From Selaginella moellendorffii (lineage: Eukaryota; Plantae; Lycopodiophyta), in the NCBI RefSeq assembly GCF_000143415.4, contig NW_003314269.1, positions 1,743,544-1,807,543 on the forward strand: a stretch of DNA of 64,000 nt, given 5' to 3'. Made by a program: the position numbers and the translations under genes. Below, piece by piece: positions 11,703 to 24,640 of the stretch. Position 1 is the stretch's first letter. Each line of letters starts with the position of its first letter. A model generated the notes under the pieces. That model saw nothing but the letters and a program-made list of their open reading frames with translations. It ran no database searches and had not been told where the DNA came from.

Positions 11703-13622
11703 ATGTCTCTGGGGAATCGCAAGCTTGTGGTAAGCTACTTTTTTTGCCTTGGTTTTTGTGTTCTTCCTCTTTGTCTAGCGACATTATTTGTGAGACTTAA
11801 CCGTGGTCTTTAAGGTTCTTGGAATCCCTTGGGACGTGGACACCGAGGGCCTGCGATCTTACATGACAAAGTTTGGTGGTCTCGACGATGTTATTGTTAT
11901 GAAGGTTAGTCTCTTTCTCTCATGGAAACCGAAACACTGAAGTTTTTCTTATCTCATAACAGGATCGCTCGACAGGACGGTCCCGTGGGTTTGGCTATGT
12001 CACGTTTACATCTTCGGAAGATGCTGAGGTGAGAGAAATGGAGTTTTTGGTTATGCTCGCTTAACACTTCCTTGTTGCAGAAAGCGCTCTTGGCTCAGCA
12101 TTCGTTAAGTGGCCGGATTCTGGAGGTGAAAGTTGCGACTCCCAAGGTTTGCTGGGTTTGTATGCGTCATTGTGTGAGTGTATCGTTGTTTTCACAGGAA
12201 GAGATGCTAAAGCCGAAGGTTACAAGGGTGTTTGTTGCCAGAATACCACCGAGTGTCAACGACGACACATTTCGAAAGTAAGTCCACACCTTAATACCTC
12301 AAAAGCATGACTTTGAACCTGTTGCTCTCTTCTCAGCTATTTCGAAAAGTATGGACGGATAACTGACGCCTACATGCCCAAGGTATGCCTTTGCTAGACT
12401 GCTGCTATAGTTCTCATCGACGAAATTTCTTTTCAGGACCAAGGTTCAAAAGCTCATCGAGGTATTGGATTTGTTACGTATGAAGACCCAGGTAGGTTTC
12501 CACTGCTCTGCATTTCGATCCAAACATCTCACTCGCTTCTTCTTCTGTTCAAAGACTCCGTGGAAAAGCTTATGGGTAAAACTCATGAACTTGCGGGATC
12601 AACCATAGCCGTGGATCGGGCAACTCCCAAGGTCAGGCATGTACATTTCTTCTCTCGTTTCTTATATGTGTCTTACAGGAAGAAACAATGAAGTTTTGGG
12701 GGAAATCCTATCCTAGCATTTATGGTCCTTATGGCATTTACACAAATGCTGCGGCTCGCTTTGGAGCCTTCGGAACGCACTTTGGATCGTCGGCATTTGG
12801 AGCTTACGACTACCCTCCGGCCCTTGCAACTGAGATTGCGGGATCGGGTATTGGAGGAGCGTATGGTGCGGGACTGTGGTCGTCACCCGCGCCCCCTCCA
12901 GCAAATATGATGGGAGGCCCCGCAGGCCCTGTATCGGCACCGATGAACATCTCATCGTCTCAGAACCGCGGCATTGGAAAGAAGATATTTGTCGGCAGGC
13001 TGCCACTGGACGCGACAGCCGAGGACCTCCGGCGGTACTTTGGCAACTTTGGCCGACTTCTCGACGTCTACGTTCCCAAGGTAGCCCCACCTTCTGTTTT
13101 TCTCTTTCCCGTTCTGTGTTCCTAACTCTTGGTACTCTTGTGCAGGACGCCAAGAAGCTTTCACACCGTGGCTTCGGGTTTGTCACTTTTGCAGATGAAA
13201 GTGTCGCTGACCGTGTCGCTCTGAGATCACATGAGTTACTCGGGGTCCAGGTACTTGCGGTTTCTTTTTTCCAGTCGTCTTGTAGCTCAAGTAGCGATCT
13301 TGTCTGCGCAGATAGCAGTGGACCGTGCCACTCCGCAAGATGAAGCTGGTGCTGGAAGTGGTACCGCCTCCTACATGGGACCCTCGTCCATTCTACAAGG
13401 CGCAGGTGGTCCTATGCGCGGTGCGTCCGCCATTGCTGGAAGTGCTTACGGCCTCGGCGGGTACGACTACAATGGAGCGGTAAGTAATGGCAAAAGAAGA
13501 ATCTTTTCCTCCTCTCTTTCACTTGGATGCTTGATCCATTGGTTTTGTTCTTCTTGCAGTGGCTTTATGGTGATGCTGGTCACCGTCCTTCCCGAATGGA
13601 AACGCGTTACAGGCCGTATTAA
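11703..13622 (+). CDS. hnRNP A/B / Musashi-like RNA-binding protein with three RRMs (multi-exon)
   Basis: Spliced MSLGNRKLV|VLGIPWDVDTEGLRSYMTKFG...DRSTGRSRGFGYVTF; second RRM VFVARIP...HRGIGFVTY; third RRM KIFVGRLP...HRGFGFVTF; C-terminal PY-NLS-like RYRPY*. Confidence 0.9.
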
Positions 13623-14095
13623 CTTTGTTGTATTAAGTACACCGCTAACTCGGCAACGCTATGCAGCAAGCAGAGGCACAGGCGATGGACTGTATCCTGT
13701 TTATGTTACAATTTGTTTGCATACAAGAGAGAAGGAAGAAAGAAGATCCAGAAGAAGGAAAAGAAGTTTAAAGAGTAAGAAGAAGAGAAGCAAGCGAACC
13801 AGTGTATGCATACTTGGCTTCTAACTTTTCAATGAATTGTTGTGTATTGTCTGTTATTCTCGTCTCTTTTCGCGTTTCTAGCTCGCTTCCTAGGCGACCA
13901 CTTATGTGTTACTTAATACTAATGAGAGGTACGTTGGTATCTCTCTTTGATGATTTGTTTTCGATTTCACTCGTGATTAGACTGTTTCAGGACTCGGAAC
14001 AACATGCTGCCAAACGACAGAGTTCATCATTCAAGAAAGTTCCAAATGGCTCGGGGTGCGAATGATTTATATATCTCTCGGAACATTTATATGGT

Positions 14096-14097
<2 letters not shown>

Positions 14098-14139
<42 letters not shown>
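14098..14139. repeat. (GA)n microsatellite
   Basis: About 20 GA units, in the 3' flank of the trihelix gene. Confidence 0.95.
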
Positions 14140-14144
<5 letters not shown>

Positions 14145-14217
14145 GATTTGAGTGAGAGGTGAGAGATGAGTTTTTGGTTCTTACATGGGATGTTGGTTTT
14201 GTTTGTTCAGTCCGATA

Positions 14218-15258
14218 TCACTCCCCCGAGCCCCCTCTCTCCGAGGCCAGAGTGAGGATCGCATTGGCCAGATTGTTGACGGCACCGACGAGCCCCTCGA
14301 TCCCTTGCCGGCTGATCTCCGTCTTGGTCTCCTCCAGCATCAGCTTTCTCTCCTCGACGCTCAGCAGGTCCTTGTGCCGCCGATCTTTCTTCTCCTCGCA
14401 CTGCATAAGAGTGTGAGACAGATCCGAGGCGCTCCTCGCCACCGCCGGCGCCAGGCCCTCCACATCCTGCTGGTGGTGATCTCTTGACGACGACTTCCGC
14501 TTCTTCGCCGGGGACTTTGGATCCCCGAGCTGCTCGCTGCTTCCGGAGCTCCTCGACGCTGCCAGCAAAGAACAAAGCAAACAATCACATTTTTATGCCT
14601 GGTAAGCTCTAAAAAACTCTTTTTCTTCTGTCATTCTTTCTTGTCTCACTTCATTTAATTGCAGTCAGCCAGGCAGGCAGGCAGCTCCTCTGATCCACAA
14701 GGCAAGAAAAGTTTCGTAAAGCAGAGAGAGAGAGACCAGAAGCTCACCTGTTGACTGCGGTGGCAGTGGGAGATAAGACGTGGTGTGCGCTTTATCGGAC
14801 GCGGCCATCAAGCGCGACGAGGACGATGGAAGTCGCTTGTCAACAATGTCGTGGAGCGCATCATAGATTTGGATCATGAGGCTTGAAGGTAAGCCCCGTT
14901 CCTTTCTCTCGTGCTTCTCCAGCTGCCAGTAGGATTGCTGCCCCGGCTGGATCTTGGTCTCGTAGTCCCGCACCTTCTTGTAGTCGCGCAGCAAGTTGTC
15001 CCATTTGTCGTTGCACTGGTTCTGGCTCCTCTGGCACCCGTTCTTCCAGCAGTAGTTCTCCACCCATTTCCATCTGTACTCGGCGCACTTGCCGCGCTTG
15101 TCACCACCTTTGGCCCGCCGCTCGTCGTCCAGCTTCTTGGCCGTGATGAGGATCATCGTCTCGTGAAACGTCCAGTTGCCTTTGCGGTACTCCCGCGGCC
15201 GCTCGCTGCCTTCGCCTGCCTCATCGAATGGGATGATTGCAGTGCAGTCAGCAGCCAT
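14218..15258 (-). CDS. Trihelix transcription factor, SH4/ASR3-like clade; exons 15258-14748 and 14558-14218
   Basis: REYRKGNWTFHETMILITAKK...RWKWVENYCWKNGCQRSQNQCNDKWDNLLRDYKKVRDYE. The GTGAG...GCAG intron joins in phase to a C-terminal coiled coil (EEKKDRRHKDLLSVEERKL). Confidence 0.9.
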
Positions 15259-18200
15259 GGATTGGATTAGGACTCTCCTCCTCCTGCTTCTTCGTCTTCT
15301 ATCTCTTGATCATGGAGAGCTGCTTTCGTGTGTCACACTCTTTGCCAGTATTGTAACAAATTTCCCGAGACTAGAAACTCTACTTGCCTGTATGCTTTGT
15401 CTTGTAAGAACGAACTCCCAGCTGATTTTCCTCCTCTTCTGAGCCTCTGGATGATCTATATTAGCCTGCTGTGATTCACAAATTGTTGCAGGAGCGATGG
15501 TCTGGACGAGAAGCTCCTCTTGGAACTACATCACATTGCTGCCTGCACAGACGATAACTAGAGACAGAAGGAAGAGAGGAGCAGCAAAAGCAGCGGCAGC
15601 AGCATGGTCGCGCCGAGGAAAATCCAACTGAACTTTAATGGTAAGAAGATCTAGATTTTGGACATTGGAAGTTTCAGTAACTTAGCGTGGATATGATGCA
15701 GCAGCAGTAGCAGGAGCAGCAGCAGCACAGGAAGATACCAGTCTCTCTCTCTCTCTCACTCACTCCTCACACACTCGATTATAAGTTCTCTACTGAGAGA
15801 GAGAGTGAGAGAAAGAGAGAGAGAAGGGGAGGGAGATAGAAAGAAAGGAGAGCTTCCCTGTTCCGTGGCCGTCGATCGTTGCTCTTCGCTGCGTGGTTTG
15901 GAGAAGAAGAGACAAAAGGAAGCCTCTCAACCCAGGCAAGCTCTCGATTTCCTCCTATCTTACGTTCTGAAAGATCGAGCTCAAGTGTGTGTTGTCATGC
16001 CAGGAGGAAGAAGAAGAAGACACGAAGACGAAGACGAAGAAGAAGAAGAAAGAAGAAAAAAAAGGAGCGCAAAAGAAGAGTCCCGCCAGTGGTATCACAG
16101 CCAGCCGCTCGTGTGGAATGCGAGCTTCACACTTCCTTTCGTCCATTCAAAACCAATACTATATATATGTATATACGAGGCCCGCTACACGTAGAAGGTA
16201 TGGAGGCATCGTAGCCAAATCGTATCTCTCTACTGTAGGCAAGCCCAGCGACAGCAACAGCTTGTTCAGTTACTCAGTGTATAAAAGCGGTGGCAGGATG
16301 TATGGCGTATTCTCTACCAGTGAACACCCCCCGCTCAGTGTTTGTACGTATGTATGCGCTATACATACGGGACGGGCGGCCAGGGGGGCAGCCTAGACGC
16401 CTAGTGTTTCTACTGTACAGGGCATTTACGCCCTGGGGGTACGTATGTGTATCGATATAGAAGAAATGTATCTAATTAAGTATGTCCTATATCGTATGGA
16501 GTCTCGATATGGGAAGCGAATCTTACTATGCATGGAATATGAGGATATCACATGGGTGGCATCATAACCACCTAACAGATTACGAAGATACCTCCTCTTT
16601 TCCATCCCCTACGCTCGTCTCGAGACGCCCTCTCGAGTTCCAATACACTAGGCATACGCATACGCGCCATTATATCACCATGCCATGGCCATTTGCATGA
16701 CATGACCCCATAGCATGAGGTGCAGGGATACATACATGGCCCCATCCCGAATTGGTAACAGATACATGACAAAGTACTTTGGTCAACGCTTTTGTGCGAT
16801 GGCGATTGGCCCCCGGGAAGGTGTTAGGTAGCCGTACTGGCTTTGCATACATTAGCAACGTTAATCCAAAGAAAAGATAGCCTCAGGCACGAATATTCTC
16901 CGCATGCCATGATCATGCCACGCATGCATGGGTGTCATGGAGTCATTCAAACTCGGTACTAGAAGCTCGCAATCAAGGCTCCCGGGCAAGTACCGCGCCA
17001 CTGCTCCGATTGCGTGGGCGCCCTCTAACAAATTGGTGGTGTCGTTTTGATATGAATGTAGCTTCTTGTAGAGCTACTTAGGGCTGGGCTGGGCTTCAAA
17101 GGTGGAAGGAATGAATGGAGCTCTGGGCGAATCTTCCACTTCTTTTATTTCTCCTCTCTTTTGTGCTTCTTCTTTTTTCACCTCGCCCTGGAGAAGATCC
17201 CCTCTGCTGGAATCAAACCCGACCTCCCTGGGTTTTGCCCTTGTACAGCTACGCTCGTATGTACCGTAGAGCTGTGTCAGTCAAAGCCCGACTGCGACTG
17301 CTACTAGTTTCACTCACGCACCTTTCCCCCTGACACACACTCACTCACACATAACATTCATCGTCACCCTCACACCGCACATCCACCCATCCATCCACCA
17401 TCTCCAACATCCCATCCATCCCCATCCAAGTCACTATTACTGGGGTCACACTGCGCGCCGGTGATGGTTATGGTTTTTAATCGCTTGAAGCTTGGCTTGG
17501 TGATTGTATCACAAAGACATGTAAATAAGAATGATCATGCTTAATTGTTTTGTACCTCACACGAGCGGGAAATGTGACATTGATTGCCTGCTGCTTTGCT
17601 GTTAGCTTTTGGCTGGCTTGTGTCTCCTTTTTCTTTTCACCCTTTCTGGTCCAGAATTATACACTTTAAATTATATTAATAATAAAAAGGAAAAAAAATT
17701 GGTGCAAAACTCCTTACTTCAAAATTTGTATTACTATTAATTTTAAGAAATAATCATCTTAATTATAAGTTTAAATTGCTCCAATTAGCTCAACTTTGCT
17801 ACAAACACTTTCGCAAACCATTTAATGGATAATATTCTCTGCCTATTCTAACAAATCCCATGAATCTAGCTAGCTTAAGCATTAAGAAAACTTACTTACA
17901 TTAAGAATTAGATCTTTTAGATGAATATTTAAATTTATTAACCAATATTATGTATTTTCAAAAAAAATATTTTTTATACTGAAGATAACATAAAATACAT
18001 AATTATGCTCTTGGATACTCTCTAAACAGGCTTTAAACAGGCTTTATACTAAATGAGATCTAAGCACCTTTAATTCCTAAGTATAATATTTTATTTTTAT
18101 AATTTCTACTTTCCAAAGCTTATAGTAAGATATTTCATGAAATTACTATTGCAAAATGCATATTCAGTATTATATTTTATAATTTCTAGTGTAAATGCAT

Positions 18201-18620
18201 CTAATGGACAAACAAAATTTTCAGCAACAGTAGTTAAAACAATAAAAATTAAAAATAAAATTAGTTTCATTATTATATACCCTAATAAACTTTATCAACA
18301 TATATTTATTCAGTATTTTGTTTTTTGTTGCCAACAAAAAATATTATTTCTTGTACATTTTATAAAAAAATATTTACTATAAAATTAATACAGTTATTTT
18401 TGGAGTTATAAAAAAAATTTGGGCTTTTTTCTTAATCATAATTTTTTTAAAAGTAAGATAGCAGAAAATTATTTAGAGGTTCTCATTATCCTTTTCTGAA
18501 AAGCATCCAGCCAAAAATCAAGCTTAAATATAAAGTCCTTTTTAGGACTCCAATAAATATTTCCTTTGTTTAGCACCTCTAAGTACTCTAGAATCTCATA
18601 TATGCTCATATATGTATACA

Positions 18621-18625
<5 letters not shown>

Positions 18626-18677
<52 letters not shown>
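18626..18677. repeat. (TA)n microsatellite
   Basis: Uninterrupted TA run of about 50 nt. Confidence 0.95.
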
Positions 18678-18680
<3 letters not shown>

Positions 18681-19878
18681 AGGAGTTGGAAATAAGGTTG
18701 CATCATATCCCTTTTCTGTTGGGTTATATATTAATCCAAAGTGATATTAGTAATTGAGGTGGGATCCTCCCTCTAAATGCAACATATAGAATTTCAAGAG
18801 ACTTTGATTAATCAAAAAACAAAAAAACAGAATATTTACAAGGAGATTCAAAAGTAGTCTTATGCTCCAACTTAGTGCTAGAAAACCCAAAAGCATTTTA
18901 TTATTATTCAAATATTGTAATAGTTACATCTAATTAAAATCTTTATGCACAAAGCATTGCAAAGGTTTGTTGTTGTAGACTTAATTGCCTCTTGTGAGAA
19001 CTAACGATAACATATGAATTTTGCTCTTGGTCAACACTATGATTGCATCCACCAAATTTAATAACATGGGATAGAAGAAATTGCTAAGAGTGTTAAATCA
19101 AGCTCATATGCACCAACATATGGAGCCATTGCATATTGTTGATCATGCTAGTGGAGAGTATAAGCTGGAGTTCACTTATAACTAAAGATTTACAACCAAG
19201 CAATAGAAAGCTTTAGCAATATTTGGGAAGCTAGAAATTAGATTTACCAAAATTGAAGAGTAAAATCGGTCTAAACAATGTCTAAAATCATTTCATCTAG
19301 TATAAGATGAGGATATTAAGAACTTTATCAGTGATATTTAACAGTGTATCAAGGCAATGAGAAAGAACTTTCATCCTTGGACTGAGTTCTGAGGAGATAT
19401 TAACCAACAAAAAAGATAAGCCTGGAAAATAAATAAACTATGAAAGAAAAAAACTATTAATGTTTTGTAGCATTTGTGGCTATGGCTAGATTGAAATTCA
19501 ATGTTCATCATCAAGTTGTAGAAAATGTGTGCAACTATGATAAACAAAGTGAGGGTGATGTTGTTGAGGTTCTAAATATATAATAGGGTTAGTGGGTAGG
19601 TTGAGTAGTTTAGCTTTTACTTCTGTTGTCCTTATTCTATATTTATCTTGCATCTAAGCTCAAGTTCCACATTATATTAGCTTGACTGACTGGCTCGTGT
19701 TTGGACTCGGCTCCGGTTTTATGGTGCTTGCAGTGAACAACGCAATGAGCAAGCGAGTGGTTTATAAAGCCGTGGGTTGCGTTATGCCACCATTATACTG
19801 AAATAGTGCCAAATTCTATTTAGCTTTGTTTTGCATATTGGTTTTGGTATTGAGATGTTAAATGCTCTAACATTCATG

Positions 19879-21648
19879 TGTGAGACACAAAATCCCTAGG
19901 CCCCAAAGTGGAGCCGGAAAGGGTGCCACGTGGTAGTGGCCGAAGCGAAAGCCAAACGAACATAACACGTTTGGACTAAAAACTCCGACTTGGAAGGTCG
20001 AGAGCGGGAGTGGAACTCCCAATAAAGTGCTCGAGGAGCAAGCACGAGGCAACCAATAAGAAAGGCTCCAAAAAGGGACCCAAAAAGGACCAACACATGA
20101 CACATGGAAGTGTCCGAGATGGAGTCCGAGGCAGACCCAAGTTAGAGTCCGAGATGGACCCGAAGTGGAGTCCGATATAGAGTCCGAAGTGGAGTCCGAG
20201 ATGGAGTCCGATATGGAGTCCGAAGTGGAGTCCGAGATGGAGTCCGATCTGGAGTCCGAGATGGAGTCCGATATGGAGTCCGAGATGGAGTCCAAGATGG
20301 AGTCCGATATGGAGTCCGAGATGGAGTCCGAGATGAACCTGAAGTGGAGTCCGATATGGAGTCCGAGATGGACCCGAAGTGGAGTCCGATATGGAGTCCG
20401 ATATTGAGTCCGAGATGGAGTTCGAGATGGAGTCCGAGATGGACCCGAAGTGGAGTCCGATATAGAGTCCGATATGGAGTCCGAGATGGACCGAGATGAA
20501 GTCCAAGATGGACCCGAGATGGAGTCCGAGATGGACCCGAGATGGAGTCCGAGATGGAGTCCGAGTTGGAACCGAGACCGGGACCGAGACCGAGACTGAG
20601 TCCGAGTCCGAGTTCGAGTTCGAGTCCGAGTCCGAATACTAATACAGGCAGTTGGGTGAAAGCCCAAAGCGATCGTCCCCCAGGGGGGGGGGGCTGTAGG
20701 GGGTTCCAAAAATATAGTAGGGAGAGTGTGGGGGTTGGAGCCCAGTGGAGCCAGTTTGGCCAGTTTGGCCCAGGAAGGCCAAACCCAATGTTGGGTGATG
20801 AGCTGACCACTGGGAAGTCCAAGACTAGAGTGAACATGGACCGACAAGCAGGGTAGCTTGGTGAAGTGTTCAAGAGCCGGCTCTAGTTCCCCCGGGAGAT
20901 CGACTGGCTGATGCTCCTAGTCCAAGTGTGGGTGGCACTACCTACTTGGATACCAGGCGTGGCTCAACGGAACCTCGCTCTAAGCCCATGGCTAGAGCAC
21001 CCAAGGGCGGAAGGCGGGGAGAGTACCCAGGTGGCTCACGTAAGGCCACGGTGTTCCGAAATGTTGTCCCAAAGGCCCAGACTGTGGAAAGGAAGAGGAG
21101 CAGTCCTCTGGGGTAGTGACCAAGGACACAGTCGTGTGGTGAGGAAGTCCCAGAGGACCGTGGGACTTAGTGGTCGGGCCTATGGGCCTCGATCCAGTGG
21201 CAGTGTTGGCAAAAACGGCCAGGGGCAGAAAGGGACTTAGTAGGGACTGACAGAGGGATATTGGGGAAGGCTGTTCCCCATGTCAGTGGGCATCCTAAGG
21301 ATGTTAAGGAGTGGATCCGAGATGACCACTCATGGATGGTTTGCCTAGTCTTGGAGAGCCAAGACTGTGATACAAGTGGTATTGAACTACCAATGTGGCA
21401 GAGGTGATTGGGCATGGCCTTAGCGTAATAGGCTGCCATGTCGGTGGTACTTTTGAGTGTCGGTCATGGGATCGGACACGTGGAGCACTTGGACCAAGTG
21501 CAAATGTTGAGTGGCATGGATGCCATTCTCGAGGTTAGCAAGTCCCAAGTCCTGAAATGGACTTATGGAGGTTGTGATTGAGACTCCTCCAAGTGGTCGG
21601 AGGTGTGGTTAAGTGACTAAAGTAGAATGGAAAATTTAGTCGCTTACA
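19879..21648 (+). mobile_element. Solo LTR of family A
   Basis: Begins TGTGAGACAC and ends GTCGCTTACA, flanked by 5-bp TSD TCATG (19874-19878 / 21649-21653). Homologous end to end with the LTR at 24825-26500. No adjacent PBS or PPT. Confidence 0.93.
20110..20636 (+). repeat. Hexamer/dodecamer tandem array (GGAGTCCGAGAT, CCGAGT, CCGAGA) inside the solo LTR
   Basis: Visible directly. It produces the spurious SDSIS/MESE ORFs in the track. Confidence 0.9.
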
Positions 21649-22349
21649 TCATGCTCTTATCCCTTTTCTTCTTGGGTTAAATGCTTAAAAGTTGCTCCAT
21701 GCTTTAGTCCTTTCACTCCTTAGTTGCATATTTTGGAGTTCAACTCTGTCCCTTTGTTTAATAGTTCAAGAATTTGAAATTTAAGTTTCAATCTATTGCC
21801 TTTAAACATATGGCCAAAGGTCTAGGTTCCACTTTGTGGTTATTGGGTCCATTCATACATAGTCTTTATCCTAACTTAAACTTATGTATTACCTTAAAGT
21901 TATCTATTATGGTTATTTCACATTTAGTCCTTACTTAAGCATTTTAAGATAAAATTTAAGGAACTTTTGCTTCAAATATATAACTTCTCACAAATCAAAT
22001 TTATGTTAAAAACACATCTACTTCACATATAATCTTATCTTAAAATTTAAGAAAACAAACTCTTTCATTCAAACATGGTATTTATCTTAAAAGTGGAATA
22101 ATTTCAAATTTGAACTTCCCTTCAGTTTTAAATTTGAAATTTGGAGAACTTATAATTCAATGATCAGGGAAACAAAGATGTTGCCCAAAGGCAAAGTAGA
22201 CCTTAGCCACATCATCCTAAGCTATCAAATGCTAATAGGGTTTGGGTACTCAACCAAAAGGCAATAGTGATTAAAGAGTACCCCTCACTAAAGTCTCCAT
22301 TGCTCACATTTAGTATTTAAGCCTCTATCTCTCTCTTAACATTTACTTC

Positions 22350-23450
22350 ACCCAAGTTGATGAGAACATTATGTAAAATGTAATATGCTTGGATGAAAGT
22401 GGTGAAGTACTTGGGGTGTACCTTTTGCTTTTGGTCCAGGCATCAAAATCTATACTTAAGCAAGTTGAAAGCTTGCTCAACCATAATCCTTACCATGTAA
22501 TAGTGATTGTTAAAGGTTTTCTCACCCACCCCAAGGTTTACACTTGCAAAAACCAAAAGCATAAAATCTTTAAACCAAAACTTGGAAGTTTACCGAGATG
22601 GGGAATATCAAGTATGACTGAAGCTGGTATCCTTTGTCTCTAATGAGGTCTAGCCTCACCCGCTCATTGAAAGCCAGAGTAACTAGCTATTGCAGCAGTT
22701 CTTCACCCTTAACCTTGAATTCCTCCAAACTTGCATGTCATAAACACTTTTTATATCAAAAAGCAATTAAAAATGAAAACTAGAAGCCAAGCTTACTTGG
22801 CCAGCCAATGTAGATGCTAAAAGCCTCTTCCTCGCATTGTAGACAGCTTGTATTATGATGCTGTACCTCTACTTCCTATCGAAGTAGTCCACACCATCAC
22901 TAGTCTGGGGTTGCACAATCTCAAAATATGCGCAATCAATAGCACCTACAACATTCAAGAGCTTTGTGTATATGATCCTCTAGAATTGTATAATGACCTC
23001 CTAAACTTGAACTGCATTTTCTGGGAACATGATCTTGTATCCAAGTATCTAAACTATAGCAGTAGTTGTATCTATAACTATCTCATGAGCTATAGATTCC
23101 CCAACAACAAACTTGGAAAAAAGCCCATTGTAGTCTAGGTTCTTGAAGAGCTTGCAAAGTGTTAACCCTAGCCAAACATCTATATCTCCTCCACTGTGTG
23201 TTTTTCTTCACAATCCCCACATGCAAAACCTGGCAAAGGAACTTGAAAGCTGGCTTCCTCATCTACATTTTCTTCTTCCACTAAGTCGAATCATAGTACT
23301 GCAACATGAACTAATCCCACCATATCAAGCACTTAAGCTTCACCCACCAGATGCCTAGTATGCCTAGTCTATAGTTGAAAGCTACACCTAATTCCACTCA
23401 AGAATCATTATCATCTTACAATTCATGCAAAGTAGCTAAAATGCAACATC
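22350..23450 (-). pseudogene. Decayed PIF/Harbinger (HARBI1-like, DDE_Tnp_4) transposase
   Basis: Minus-strand motifs in the expected order: NVVGAIDCAYF (about 22925-22955), FDRK*RYSIIIQAV, IYIGWP, SVYDMQVWRNSRL, LIRDKGYQLQSYLIFP, FNNHYYMVRIMVEQAFNLLKYRF*CL, ILHNVL. Contains stops and frameshifts. Outer limits are approximate. Confidence 0.8.
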
Positions 23451-23619
23451 TATCATCTAAAAACCTCTTAACACCTCAATCACTAAAAGAAGAGCCTAAC
23501 CTATGATATGCCAAGTTTTATTCTCCACTCCAGATGGTTCAATCTCCTCCATGTTGGGCTGGAGGATCTCTATTTCCTAGGTTTGGATCATATCCATTTC
23601 CTTAGGCTGGAGTTCCTCT

Positions 23620-24640
23620 AGATCCCCTAGCTAAAGTATTTGAAAAGTGAGAAAATTTGTTAAAAATGTTAGAAACAAAAAAAGACATGCATGCAAAGCC
23701 AAGCTCACATCACTCAATATCAACTCTCAAGTAGTTGCTGACAAAGTCTGAAAGCCTAGTGATAGCCAACACATACTCCCTACTAGATGAGGCCTTCTCC
23801 CTTTCAATCTCTAAAAGCTGCTCATGGAAGCCAATGAGTTATTTATTTCTTTGGCTCATCAACAAGTTTCCCTCATGCATGAGATTGCTTATGGACTAAT
23901 TGCTTCTTTTCTTTTTCTTTTTGCCAAAACTTCCATGAGGCCCTTCACCACCATAGGAATCATCATCCTCACCAATGTCATAGCTTTCAACAACAATGAC
24001 TGCAACAATAGTTTTAAAGTCAGCATTGCTATCTGTAATATATAGAGGGTTTGTTGTAGCCCAAATTCCCATGTAACTGTCCATAGCCTTGTAAATATCT
24101 TGCATTTGCTCCTTGGAGGGGTGAAGAAGTTGACACTCTTGTTTTGGTAATTGTTTATATTCTTATATTCATTAGAAATGTTTAACCAACACCGTTGGCA
24201 AGCCATTCCATCTCTATCCTTGAAACCATAGTCTACCAACTTGGCCCCAATGATGTTCCACCTCTCTGCAGTTGTAACCCCTTTGTCACAGCTTGTCAAC
24301 TCTAACTACTTTATGAAGTTTTGGCCCTTGAGTTCTATAAGGAGCATGGTCTCCTCATGTAACCAATTCTTTCCCCAACTACACTTAACTTGTCCTTGCT
24401 CATTCTCCTTGTTTACCTAGATCAGGTTATCCTTCTTGATTGTTTCCTAAATTGATTGGAATGCAAATCTAGAGAAAAAGAATAAAGAAAGTTTATTGGG
24501 GTCTTGGGCTCCACTACTGCAGCCACTGATGCTACAGATGTTGTGGCATTGGCTTGAAGGGGCATCATGCGGTGCCCACAAGCTCCACCAATTGATCTTA
24601 TGGCACCACCAGATCTCACACCATGCCCACTCCCCGCCAT
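23620..24640 (-). pseudogene. Decayed Myb/SANT-like DNA-binding ORF of the same PIF/Harbinger element
   Basis: GKNWLHEETMLLIELK...ERWNIIGAKLVDYGFKDRDGMACQRCWLNISNEYK, adjacent to the Harbinger transposase as expected for the two-gene PIF/Harbinger layout. Confidence 0.7.

Noticed and set aside
17105-17125. miR159/319 precursor
   Set aside because: Only a partial match to the mature sequence, and no long fold-back with a star strand.
17660-19870. AT-rich tracts (also 38774-39660 and 43470-45300) as specific DNA transposons
   Set aside because: Probably old TE debris, but I could not identify TIRs, TSDs or protein motifs.
20110-20636. CRISPR-like appearance of the repeat arrays
   Set aside because: Contiguous 6/12-nt tandem units with no unique spacers, no cas genes, and a eukaryotic LTR context.
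19867-20873. Long SDSIS/LGLHLG/MESE ORFs (also 24788-25777, 29558-30525, 36593-37993)
   Set aside because: By-products of stop-free hexamer arrays in the LTRs; open in several frames on both strands.
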